Origin: Promethearchaeota archaeon | Lineage (GTDB): Archaea; Asgardarchaeota; Lokiarchaeia; Sigyniarchaeales; SOKP01 | NCBI GenBank assembly: GCA_016839555.1 | Contig: JAEOUA010000009.1 | Location: 32,001-96,000, forward strand | Length of the DNA stretch: 64,000 nt | Reading direction: 5' to 3' | Shown: positions 41,993 to 51,273 of the stretch, piece by piece | How the letters are laid out: each line of letters starts with the position of its first letter | Numbering within the stretch: the first letter of the stretch is position 1 | Program-made: the position numbers and the translations under genes | Notes under the pieces: generated by a model | Told to the model about the DNA's origin: nothing | Databases searched by the model: none | The model's input: the letters and a program-made list of their open reading frames with translations, nothing else

Positions 41993-43450
41993 TTAAATCA
42001 AGTTTAATATTCTCATTTTGTTTTCTGCAATTTTATTCATTTCAATTGATTTCTCTAGGTTGATTGTGGATTCGCCAGAAATTCTTAAGGAGGGAGAGGT
42101 TCCAGATCTTCTTATCAATAACCAACCTTTATTATATTCGAATCTACAGCCATCTGTTTGATTGATTCTTAATATTTTATAATCTAAATCTTCAAAAGTT
42201 GTTTTCATAATTTCAATAATTTTTTGGTTTATAGTCTCAGTAAATGGGATATCTTTTTTCAATTTAAAATTTTGAGAATACCAAGGATATTTTGGGATAT
42301 CTTCTAATAATTCTCGTAGATTTTTTCCAGTATCAATCATCAACTTAATTACACGAGCTATAGTCGCTATAGAATCCGGTCCATAATGCCCTAAATCAGG
42401 CCATATATACGTACCTGAAGTTTCTCCTCCTAAAAATCCATTATGTTCTTTTAATGCGTTAGCAACCTTTATATCTCCCACTTTTGTCCTAATCACTTTA
42501 CAGCCTAAAGGATTAAGCACATCATCTAACAAGTGTGATGCATTTACAGCAGTTACTACTATTTTATTCTTATTTTTTAATTTATCTTCTTGGTAATTTA
42601 AATAATATTTTGCCAATAATGCAAGAAGCCTTATTGGGTCAATTATTTCGCCCTCCTCATCAAGGAAAATCACTCTGTCAGCATCTCCATCGAGTGCCAT
42701 TCCAATATCTTCTTGTCTAGAAGATTTTAAAAATTCAGATAATTGTTTTAAGTTCTCTTCACTAGGTTCACTATATCTTCCTGGAAAATGCCCATCCATA
42801 TTAGCATTTAGAGTAGTGACATTAATTTTATATCTACTTAACAATTTTGGAACTATCTCGCAACTTGAACCATTTCCAGTATCGACAATAATATGTAAAT
42901 TACTTCCATCAAATTTAATCCTATCCACTACATAATTAATATGGGTATCGTTTATATCATTGATATGAGTGATTTTTCCAATATCTTTCCATTCAGTCTT
43001 TATAAAATCTTTATTTTCATATATTTGAGAAATTTCTATTTCTTGGTCAATGGTAAACCCCATCCCTGAAGGATTCCACATTTTCAACCCAATATATTCT
43101 GGGGTATTATGGCTTGCGGTAATCATGCAACCAGCATCTGCTTTTAATATTTGTAAAGACATCGCTAAAGTCGGAGTTGTAACAATTCCGAGAGTTTTTA
43201 CATTACATCCCGCACTGATTAAACCTGAAATTAGGGCATATTCAATAGGCAAAGCAGAAGTTCTAATATCTCTGCCAATTACAATGGTTTTATTAATCAA
43301 GGATTTTGGAGAGGGCTTTTTATTTAAATAAGTTCCTAATGCTAAGCCAACATCTAAAGCCATGTGTGGAGTGAACATTAAATCAGATTCAGAATAATTC
43401 ATGAAAACTCTTCGTATTCCACATGTTCCGAAAATATTTGATTCTAACAT
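41993..43450 (-). CDS. Phosphohexomutase (PMM/PGM/GlmM family)
   Basis: FGTCGIR, ITASHNT, DGDADR, GGETSG and RRSGTSP. Confidence 0.93.
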   Translation of the reverse strand: MLESNIFGTCGIRRVFMNYSESDLMFTPHMALDVGLALGTYLNKKPSPKSLINKTIVIGRDIRTSALPIEYALISGLISAGCNVKTLGIVTTPTLAMSLQILKADAGCMITASHNTPEYIGLKMWNPSGMGFTIDQEIEISQIYENKDFIKTEWKDIGKITHINDINDTHINYVVDRIKFDGSNLHIIVDTGNGSSCEIVPKLLSRYKINVTTLNANMDGHFPGRYSEPSEENLKQLSEFLKSSRQEDIGMALDGDADRVIFLDEEGEIIDPIRLLALLAKYYLNYQEDKLKNKNKIVVTAVNASHLLDDVLNPLGCKVIRTKVGDIKVANALKEHNGFLGGETSGTYIWPDLGHYGPDSIATIARVIKLMIDTGKNLRELLEDIPKYPWYSQNFKLKKDIPFTETINQKIIEIMKTTFEDLDYKILRINQTDGCRFEYNKGWLLIRRSGTSPSLRISGESTINLEKSIEMNKIAENKMRILNLI

Positions 43451-43678
43451 TCTTTAATAAGATAAAATTGAGTTCTTTAAAGGAGATGGGATAATTAGTT
43501 TGAAAAAAGATCTATTTAATTAATTATTTATTTAATTAAAATAGTTTATGTTCGAATATAATTTTTCATATTTTTAAAAATTAAAAATTTAGAAAGAAAA
43601 GAATGAAAATACTTCAATCTCCTTTATAGACTAAAAATGAGTACTATGGTAATTAAAGAAAATATTATAAAATCTGAT

Positions 43679-44614
43679 CTAAGGATTGTATATATTTTCT
43701 GCTTCTAGATTTGCAAAGTCCCTTATTATCGTCTCATTACTTTCTAATATCATTTGAAATGCAATATCATAAATTATTTTGGTTTCTTCATCTTCAACAA
43801 GAATCTTTTTAATGATGTTTGCAAATCTGTTATTTATTTTCCACCCTTTAAGATTAAAATCAATATAATCTTCTTTCTTAGGGAAGATTTCTTTAAATAT
43901 TCGATATCTTTCTTTAATTGCATTTTGTAAATCAGTTCCTTTAGCATAGGAGGCTATTTTAGAAATAATTTCTTTTCTAATCCTAAATATATTAGAGCCT
44001 TCTTCTAAAAGATTCTTTATATCCTTTTCAATTGTCTTTCTAATTTTTTTAGGAATCTGATTTAAAGCATTCAGATATTGTTTTTTTGAACTATAATGAG
44101 AAGAAGAAAATTTAATAGATTCTTCCTTTAATTTAAATGTTTCTATGAATCGATTTTTCAGTTTATTAAATTCTTCCTTTAATAGTTCTGATAATTCTTT
44201 ATTTAGATTTTTACCTTCGAAAAAAATATCCTTAAACTTGTCTATTATTGTTTTTTGAAATAAATTTAAAAATTTTAGATATTCTTTTTTATAAGTAGGA
44301 TTATTTAGCATTTTATAGTAGTTCTCGGCAGTTTTCCAAATGAGGGCATCGCATACTCTCTTTTTTAATTGTGTACCTTTAGATAGATCTTTCTTGGTTA
44401 ATTGAGGAGATTGAAAAGATACTGGTTGATCTGTGGTTAGAGTCTCATTAAGAGAAACAAAATAATTTTTAATATCATTATTTTTTTCAATATAACTACT
44501 TTCTCCTGCCATAATTCCTTTTAAGCGATTTAATTCTTCATATAGTTTTTCTTTTAAATCGTTAATAGTATTTTTATGAGAGAGGTAATCGTTTCTTGTA
44601 TTTTCTTCTTTCAT
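43679..44614 (-). CDS. Hypothetical Lys-rich helical protein
   Basis: 311-aa ORF with no recognised motif. Confidence 0.6.
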   Translation of the reverse strand: MKEENTRNDYLSHKNTINDLKEKLYEELNRLKGIMAGESSYIEKNNDIKNYFVSLNETLTTDQPVSFQSPQLTKKDLSKGTQLKKRVCDALIWKTAENYYKMLNNPTYKKEYLKFLNLFQKTIIDKFKDIFFEGKNLNKELSELLKEEFNKLKNRFIETFKLKEESIKFSSSHYSSKKQYLNALNQIPKKIRKTIEKDIKNLLEEGSNIFRIRKEIISKIASYAKGTDLQNAIKERYRIFKEIFPKKEDYIDFNLKGWKINNRFANIIKKILVEDEETKIIYDIAFQMILESNETIIRDFANLEAENIYNP

Positions 44615-44808
44615 GGTTTTTATACCTAATTTAGCTTTTAAAAGATATACACTAAATTAATATTAAAAAAATAAGAAAAAACTATCTGTGGTATAATTTT
44701 AGAAGATCGAGATAAATAAATAAAAATTGTAGCCTAAAGCACTAACGCTTTTTTTTCATTTTTTGGATTTATCCATAAAATCTAAAAAGTTCTCTCGTGT
44801 TAGGCATT

Positions 44809-45025
44809 TTGGGGTAAACATAATCATATATCCTGCCTGGGTTGCTGACTCAAAGCTCATCGCATCGGTATCCACCTTTGCTCAATTAAGAGCCCATTTA
44901 TACAGGATTTTTCATGTTATTGATTATTTGATTCAGAATGTATGCAGTTGGTTTGCACTTCATACTCATCTTTTAATCGTATGAGCCCTCGAAACGCAAG
45001 TATTCCTTCATCATCAATACCCCAA
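44809..45025 (-). ncRNA. Candidate structured C/D-box-like ncRNA (~217 nt), possibly U3-like
   Basis: 8-bp terminal stem, 5' AUGAUGA box C, internal CUGA, 3' AUGA, long internal helix with G-U pairs favouring the minus strand, TATA-like element about 25 nt upstream, T-tract downstream, and locally raised GC. Confidence 0.6.
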
Positions 45026-45184
45026 TTAAATTAAGTTAATACAAAGTTAAAAATATTTGTCTCATAATGTAAAATTAACAAGATTATTGATCTTTTTCAA
45101 CATGAATTAGAAGAAGCACCTAATTTTACAAAGAGGAATCAATAAATCATATTACAATAATAAATATTACTTTCATAGTTTAAT

Positions 45185-45532
45185 CTACTTCGGCATATAA
45201 AATTTACATACAGTACATTGGTAAGCTCTTAATCTCCTATCGGTTCCTAATATTATTAGTTTCTCCTTAAGAGATGAGCCACATTTCGGACATGTCTTAG
45301 TGAAGTTTTCCCTTATTGAATTAAGGACTTTTTGGATACCATCCTCTACTCTTAAGATTTCTTTGGCATTATCGATGATTTTATTAGCAGATATAATCCC
45401 AATACCCTTGATCCAAGCTAATTCCTCAGGTTTTGAATTTGCGATCTCCTCAATAGTCTTAATACCCGCTTTATGAAATCGTTCTGCTGATTTTGGACCT
45501 ATACCCTTTACGCGAGAAATTTCCTTGGACAT
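45185..45532 (-). CDS. Helix-hairpin-helix plus Zn-ribbon protein
   Basis: VKGIGPKSA and IKGIGIISA HhH motifs; CPKC...CTVC. Confidence 0.82.
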   Translation of the reverse strand: MSKEISRVKGIGPKSAERFHKAGIKTIEEIANSKPEELAWIKGIGIISANKIIDNAKEILRVEDGIQKVLNSIRENFTKTCPKCGSSLKEKLIILGTDRRLRAYQCTVCKFYMPK

Positions 45533-45692
45533 ATCAATGCAATATGATATCTTTTAAATTCTATTTAAGTAAGAAATGCTAAATGAAATAATCTTTTTTT
45601 ATAAATTATTAAATTATATTAAAAACTTATTTTTTTCCTTATTCAATAAAAAAAATAAAAAAAATAGGGTTTTTAACTAATTTATTCCTATT

Positions 45693-46406
45693 TCAATCTA
45701 ATTGACGTCCAACACCATAATAAATAAAAATGGCGCCACAAATAGAAAAAACTAATCCAAATAAAGATAAAATAGTACTCAAAATTGTTCCAGGAAAAAA
45801 GGTATTTCGAATAAAGATAGAATATAAAAGGAGATAGAGAAATATTACCCCTCCAAAGAAGAACCTCCATCTTCCCCGCACAGTTTCGTCTTTAAATGAA
45901 TTAAAGATTTTCCAGATATAATATAATGTGGGAATTGTTGAGAATATAGTCGTGATACTCGAAACATATAAAAAGAAAAGCCAACCCCAGTAAGGTGTAA
46001 ATTGATTTGCTTCAGTCATTTCAACTCCTAATTCGGGAATAATAGCAATGAAAAGCATACAAAAATATATAATACCCGTAGTCAAAATTAATATGATTTG
46101 CTTCTTAGGTTCAAATGCTTTTTCTGTTTTATATAGGAGAATTATAAAAAGTAGAAGAAATATCACTGCATAAAAGCTGAAAAAATTAGTCAGAAAATTC
46201 AAACCCTTAACTATAACTTCATTTTCTAAAGGTGCGTAGATAAAATTAATTATTAATCCAATTGCTTCGCTGATATAAAACGCCGAAAAAATATAGTTTA
46301 ATTTTTTCTTTTGTCGAGTAATAATTTTAACTGCAAGAAACAAGAAAAAAACACAGAGGATCCCTTGTACGACATAGATTTGAATAATACGGATTAAACT
46401 TAACAT
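45693..46406 (-). CDS. Multi-pass (~7 TM) membrane protein, function unknown
   Basis: Seven hydrophobic segments; C-terminal IFIYYGVG resembles VFMYVGL of 507..1265. Confidence 0.7.
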   Translation of the reverse strand: MLSLIRIIQIYVVQGILCVFFLFLAVKIITRQKKKLNYIFSAFYISEAIGLIINFIYAPLENEVIVKGLNFLTNFFSFYAVIFLLLFIILLYKTEKAFEPKKQIILILTTGIIYFCMLFIAIIPELGVEMTEANQFTPYWGWLFFLYVSSITTIFSTIPTLYYIWKIFNSFKDETVRGRWRFFFGGVIFLYLLLYSIFIRNTFFPGTILSTILSLFGLVFSICGAIFIYYGVGRQLD

Positions 46407-46654
46407 TTTGGAGTCCCAATTTTAGTATTTTTATTAGTCTTACATAAAAATTTCTATATAATTATAATCATATTGTTCATTTATAAAGCTATTTTTTCAA
46501 CTATTTTGTTTTATTAAATTCTAAAAGATTAAAAGAAAAGATTGAATTTACTATTCTGAATTCATCTTTTCAATCTTATTTTTATTGAGATTACCTTCAA
46601 TATGATAATTATCTCAAACGATTTATTTAAATAGGATAATATATTGTAAGTTAT

Positions 46655-47635
46655 GTGCTAGGGATCTTTTTAGTTTTTTTAATTCTAATTGGTGCTATCG
46701 CATTACTTGTATTTACTAGTAGAATTGCGGTAGTACATTCTGCCTCTTTAGCAGCGAGTCTCGGAGTATCTAGTCTTATCATAGGTATCACATTAGTTTC
46801 TATAGGGACAGATGTTTCTGAAATTTTTAATTCAATCATTTCTTGTGCGCTTGGCCATGGAGACATTGATGTAGGAGATTCAGTTGGGTCAGATCTCACG
46901 CAATTAACTTTAATTTTTGGACTTTTACCATTAATATGCGGAAAATTTAATATCAATAGAAGAATTTTTCTTATTATTGGTTCTTGCGAAATACTTTCCT
47001 TAATATTGATATTTACAGTAGTAGAAAAGGGTTATTTTACTCGTGCTGATGCTCTTTTTATGATATTAAGTCTAATATTTTATTCATTAGTAACATACAA
47101 TGTAACTAAAAGCGATATGCTCACCCGTGTGGATTTAATGTTGGAAGAGAAAGCAGAAAAACCAATCAAGAAAAATTTGCATTATCTCTTTTTTGCGATT
47201 GTAGGATTTTTGGGAGTGGCTTTATGTTCATATATAATTATTCAATCGATTATCTATTTATCTTCTCGTTTTAATATTAATGAATATATTATAAGTTTTT
47301 TTATGGTAAGTATTGGTACTTCATTACCAGAATTTAGTGTGGATGTATCTGCTTTAAGGAAAAAACATTATAATTTAGCTATTGGTGATATTATTGGAAG
47401 CTGTATTGTAGATTCTACATTATCAATTGGGATAGGGCAATTTTTATTTCCTCAAGAAGTTTCTGCTAATTTAGCAATTCCTACTATTCTTTATACATTA
47501 TTTGCTTCTCTTGTTGTAATTTTGGTGGTAGCAAAAAGAGAGATGATGGATTGGAAAGCAGGTATCTTGTTTATAATAATTTACATATTTTCATATCCAT
47601 TCCTATTATTTATAGAATATAGTTTATACCTTTAA
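46655..47635 (+). CDS. Na+/Ca2+ (CaCA, YrbG-like) antiporter
   Basis: Alpha repeats SIGTDVSE and SIGTSLPE; GDSVGS and GDIIGS. Confidence 0.88.
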   Translation: MLGIFLVFLILIGAIALLVFTSRIAVVHSASLAASLGVSSLIIGITLVSIGTDVSEIFNSIISCALGHGDIDVGDSVGSDLTQLTLIFGLLPLICGKFNINRRIFLIIGSCEILSLILIFTVVEKGYFTRADALFMILSLIFYSLVTYNVTKSDMLTRVDLMLEEKAEKPIKKNLHYLFFAIVGFLGVALCSYIIIQSIIYLSSRFNINEYIISFFMVSIGTSLPEFSVDVSALRKKHYNLAIGDIIGSCIVDSTLSIGIGQFLFPQEVSANLAIPTILYTLFASLVVILVVAKREMMDWKAGILFIIIYIFSYPFLLFIEYSLYL

Positions 47636-47808
47636 AGAATGATTTTTTTAATGATAATTTATAATCTTAAAAAAGTTGATTAAGAATTTTTTTATACAAA
47701 TAAAACTATTACATCTTTTTTAAGAATTGTAGACATCTTTGAAAATAAGAGTATATAAAAATATCAAAAGATTTATTTAAATAGAATTTATGAACAATAT
47801 TTAGTATT

Positions 47809-49053
47809 ATGACGGAAGCAGCAAAAAGTAAAATTAAAAATGATAAAGAAAAGCGAGTGGATACTATTCTTAACAAAGTTAAGAATTCGGTAAATTATTG
47901 CTATAATTGTAATCGATGCGTGAACGTTTGTCCTCTAAGTCATTTGGGAGTTTTTTCACCTCGTAATCTTATTAATGATTTAGCTTTCCTCCCTTTGGAA
48001 GAAGCTTTAGAAAATAATAATATTTGGCTTTGTTTAACATGTGGGCAATGTAATACCTATTGTCCAATGACAAATCAAAAGGAAGGGGTTCATATACCAG
48101 AATTAATACTTGAATTAAGAGATATAACTTCAGAAAATAGTCTTGAGTATGAGAAAATGCTTCAGTGTGAAACTCATGATGGAATATTTCCTCTATTAAC
48201 GAAAATTCAAGCAGAAAATCCTTTACCACCGGATAAATTGGATTTTCTTAATGATACAACCTTTAAAACTTCTAAATCTGGACCATTAGCATATTTTGTA
48301 GGATGTCTACCCATTATGGAACAGACTTTATATAGACTTGGGATAACTTATACTAATAGCGCTAAGTCGATAATTGGGTTATTAAATGAAGGAGGTATTA
48401 CTCCAGTGGTATTAAATGAAAAATGCTGCGGGCATGATATTTTATGGGGGAAAGGGGATGTTGAAATATTTAAAAAATTAGCGCGCTATAATGTAGATCT
48501 ATATAGAAATGCAGGAGTAAAAACAATAATTTTTGGATGCGCAGAGGGATATAGAACTTGGAAATATGATTATCCCAAATATATAGAAAATTTTGATTTT
48601 GAAATTCTTCATTATTCTGAATTTATACTTAAAAAAGATATTCTTAGTGACATACGGTTTCCGCAAAATTTAGATATAAAAGTTACCTATCACGATCCTT
48701 GCCGATTAGGGAGAATGGGAGGTCATGTGTATGATGCTCCGCGAGAGCTCATAAAACAAATTCCTGGCGTTGAATTAATTGAGATGAAAAATATTAAAGA
48801 GGATGCCCTTTGCTGTGGTGTTTCTGCTTTTTCGAATTGTAATGAATATACAAGAATATTGCGTCAGAATCGTATTCAAGAGGCCTTAGACACTGGAGCA
48901 GAATATCTATTAGTTTCTTGTCCCAAATGTCTTTCTCATTTTAATTGTTATTTACAAGAGCCTACCCTCAATGAAACTCAAAAAGATTTAAAAAATAAAA
49001 TTAAAATTATGGACTTATCTACATTTATTGGTATGATATTATTATATTTTTAA
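47809..49053 (+). CDS. HdrD/GlpC-like Fe-S oxidoreductase (2x4Fe-4S plus 2 CCG domains)
   Basis: CYNCNRCVNVCP, CLTCGQCNTYCP, KCCG, TYHDPCRLGR, LCCG and SCPKC. Confidence 0.9.
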   Translation: MTEAAKSKIKNDKEKRVDTILNKVKNSVNYCYNCNRCVNVCPLSHLGVFSPRNLINDLAFLPLEEALENNNIWLCLTCGQCNTYCPMTNQKEGVHIPELILELRDITSENSLEYEKMLQCETHDGIFPLLTKIQAENPLPPDKLDFLNDTTFKTSKSGPLAYFVGCLPIMEQTLYRLGITYTNSAKSIIGLLNEGGITPVVLNEKCCGHDILWGKGDVEIFKKLARYNVDLYRNAGVKTIIFGCAEGYRTWKYDYPKYIENFDFEILHYSEFILKKDILSDIRFPQNLDIKVTYHDPCRLGRMGGHVYDAPRELIKQIPGVELIEMKNIKEDALCCGVSAFSNCNEYTRILRQNRIQEALDTGAEYLLVSCPKCLSHFNCYLQEPTLNETQKDLKNKIKIMDLSTFIGMILLYF

Positions 49054-49070
49054 TAAGGGATAAATATTAT

Positions 49071-49286
49071 TTACTTTTCTCTCCATTCCGTCCCGCATCT
49101 ACCGCATTTGTATTTTTTCCCATACACTCTTGGATAATCCATAATAATATTATTCTTGTCAGTACTCTCATGGATCATATGAGGATTTTCTTCTCCACAA
49201 TTGGGACATACCCGACGTCCTTCCGTTTTTGCTACCGTTAAGATCTCATCTTCTGGAGCTTCTGCCATTTTTTTATTCATCTCCAA
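49071..49286 (-). CDS. Small Zn-ribbon protein
   Basis: CPNC...YKCGRCGTEW. Confidence 0.75.
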   Translation of the reverse strand: MEMNKKMAEAPEDEILTVAKTEGRRVCPNCGEENPHMIHESTDKNNIIMDYPRVYGKKYKCGRCGTEWREK

Positions 49287-49742
49287 TTTATTTGATATAT
49301 ATTTATTTTATAGTGTTTTTTCTTAAAAATATTTTAACTGTTTTATATTTTTTTCTTATTTAAGATATAATATCTCTAGTATATACATAAAATTAGTATT
49401 CATAAAATTATGCTAGAATTTTATAATATAATTTTCATATAGGCTTTATTATTTATATTATCGATGGAGAGAATATTTCCATTCTTAATTACTTATACCT
49501 CTCAAATGTATTACTTTATTCTATAATTCTCTTTTTTACATTTACATTTAAAACTTGATATATAAATTTGAACTATATTTATTATAAAATTTTATGTTTT
49601 TTTTGATAATAAGTTATAACATTATACCTAATTGCTTCTTATAACCTAAAATAGTTATTTATTAAATTTCATAAAAACAACATTAATAAGAAATTATGAT
49701 TTTAAATACATAACTTTCATTTATATCATGTAGGGGATACAA

Positions 49743-49922
49743 GTGAGTAATAAGTATAGAACCATAAGAATTCTTGCGGATTTAGTTGAGTCCATCTTAA
49801 AAATTATTGAAAAAAATAATGAATTAGGTTATAGAAGTCATTCAGAAAGTATAATATATTGCGCAAGAAGGAGAGTTGAAGACTTTTTTGATTTAGAGAA
49901 ACCTAAAAACAAAATATCATAA
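49743..49922 (+). CDS. Ribbon-helix-helix (CopG/Arc/MetJ-like) protein, copy 1 (59 aa)
   Basis: GTG after AGGGGA; YRTIRILADLVESILKIIEKNNELGYRSHSESIIYCARRRVE. Confidence 0.75.
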   Translation: MSNKYRTIRILADLVESILKIIEKNNELGYRSHSESIIYCARRRVEDFFDLEKPKNKIS

Positions 49923-50167
49923 TTATATTAAATTTAATCTTTAATTTTGAGAATCCTTTTTATTTCTTCAAAGAAAAATCTTTTTTTCAATAAATAGTAT
50001 TATTATTTTTAAATAAAATAATATTAGAATAGAAGTTTTTAAAATTTTTTTATTAATCATTAGAATAATAAAATTAATAAATTTAACAAGTCAAATACGT
50101 ATTTCTAGCAAATATAATTAAATTATAACTCATTAACTATTAAAATAAAAGAAATATTACTATTCTT

Positions 50168-50341
50168 ATGGTGAAGAAATATAGAACGGTTAGGATCCCC
50201 GATGACCTTGTAAAATCAATCTTAAGAATTATTAATGAGTATAACGATTTGGGATATAGATCACACTCAGAATTTATCATTGATTCTGTGAGAAGAAGAG
50301 TTGAACAATTATTACATTATACTAAAGGTAATTCTAACTAA
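50168..50341 (+). CDS. Ribbon-helix-helix protein, copy 2 (57 aa)
   Basis: MVKKYRTVRIPDDLVKSILRIINEYNDLGYRSHSEFIIDSVRRRVE. Confidence 0.85.
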   Translation: MVKKYRTVRIPDDLVKSILRIINEYNDLGYRSHSEFIIDSVRRRVEQLLHYTKGNSN

Positions 50342-50534
50342 TAATAGAAAGGATTTTTCTTTTTTTTTATCATTTTATTGAAATAGAAAAGTGTTTCATG
50401 AAGCTTTTTACACTTTTTAAGATTAATAAAATAAAATAATGTATTTTTTATTAGAGAATTCTCTTTGTATATTAAAAATATTAACTTTTTCTTAAATTAT
50501 AAAATTGTATATTAAGAATTATAGGTGATTAATA

Positions 50535-50699
50535 GTGGTAGAATATCGTACAATAAGAGTTCCAAACGACCTAGTAGAATCAATTTTAAAAATTATTAAA
50601 GAGCATAAAGATTTAGGATACCGAAGTCATTCAGAATTCATTATTGATTGTGTAAGAAGAAGAGTTGAAAATTTTAGAAACCTGTCAAAAAAAAAGTAA
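50535..50699 (+). CDS. Ribbon-helix-helix protein, copy 3 (54 aa)
   Basis: GTG 6 nt after AGGTGA; YRTIRVPNDLVESILKIIKEHKDLGYRSHSEFIIDCVRRRVE. Confidence 0.85.
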   Translation: MVEYRTIRVPNDLVESILKIIKEHKDLGYRSHSEFIIDCVRRRVENFRNLSKKK

Positions 50700-50918
50700 T
50701 AAATTAAGCGAAAAGACTTATTGGTTCTTTTTCCCGAATCTTTTCTAAAATAGAATTATTCTTGAAAAAAATATTTTTATATCAATTTTTATTTGTTTTT
50801 TTAACAATTAATGACTGATTTAGGTATTTTTAGATTAATCAAATCCTGAGACTGTCGAATTTATTAATGATCATTCCTTTTTTTATCATAAAATAATATA
50901 TTTTGAATATGATTAGTC

Positions 50919-51197
50919 ATGAAAACGGAAAATTATTCACAAAAAACGATCATGAAATCCGCTGAATTATTTAAAAATTTAAAAAATTCCCTAATAGGTT
51001 TATCGGAGATCCTAAAAATTAATTTTAATGTGGATTATTTTCTATATCAAGCTGGAATAGAGAACATTATCGCTTTAGGAAAAAATATTCCTGAACTAAT
51101 AAACAATTCTTATAGTTCACCAAAATTCATAAATGAGTTAATAAAAACTAATTATTATAATAGAAATAAAACCAATAAAACAAAAATCTCTACTTAA
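50919..51197 (+). CDS. Hypothetical protein
   Basis: 92-aa ORF, no motif. Confidence 0.45.
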   Translation: MKTENYSQKTIMKSAELFKNLKNSLIGLSEILKINFNVDYFLYQAGIENIIALGKNIPELINNSYSSPKFINELIKTNYYNRNKTNKTKIST

Positions 51198-51273
51198 ATT
51201 CTATTTTATTTTAGATTTGATATTGGAATAAAAACTTTGATCTAAAAATTCTCCTTTCTCTATAAAAAAAAAA

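Noticed and set aside
44763-44984. 73-aa plus-strand ORF from the track
   Set aside because: TTG start, no SD or motif, and it lies antisense to the structured RNA candidate, which explains the region better.
44809-45025. RNase P, SRP, tRNA or tmRNA identity for the ncRNA candidate
   Set aside because: I could not find the RNase P P4 signature (GAGGAAnnUCC), the SRP helix-8 GGAA/AGCAG motif or a TpsiC arm.
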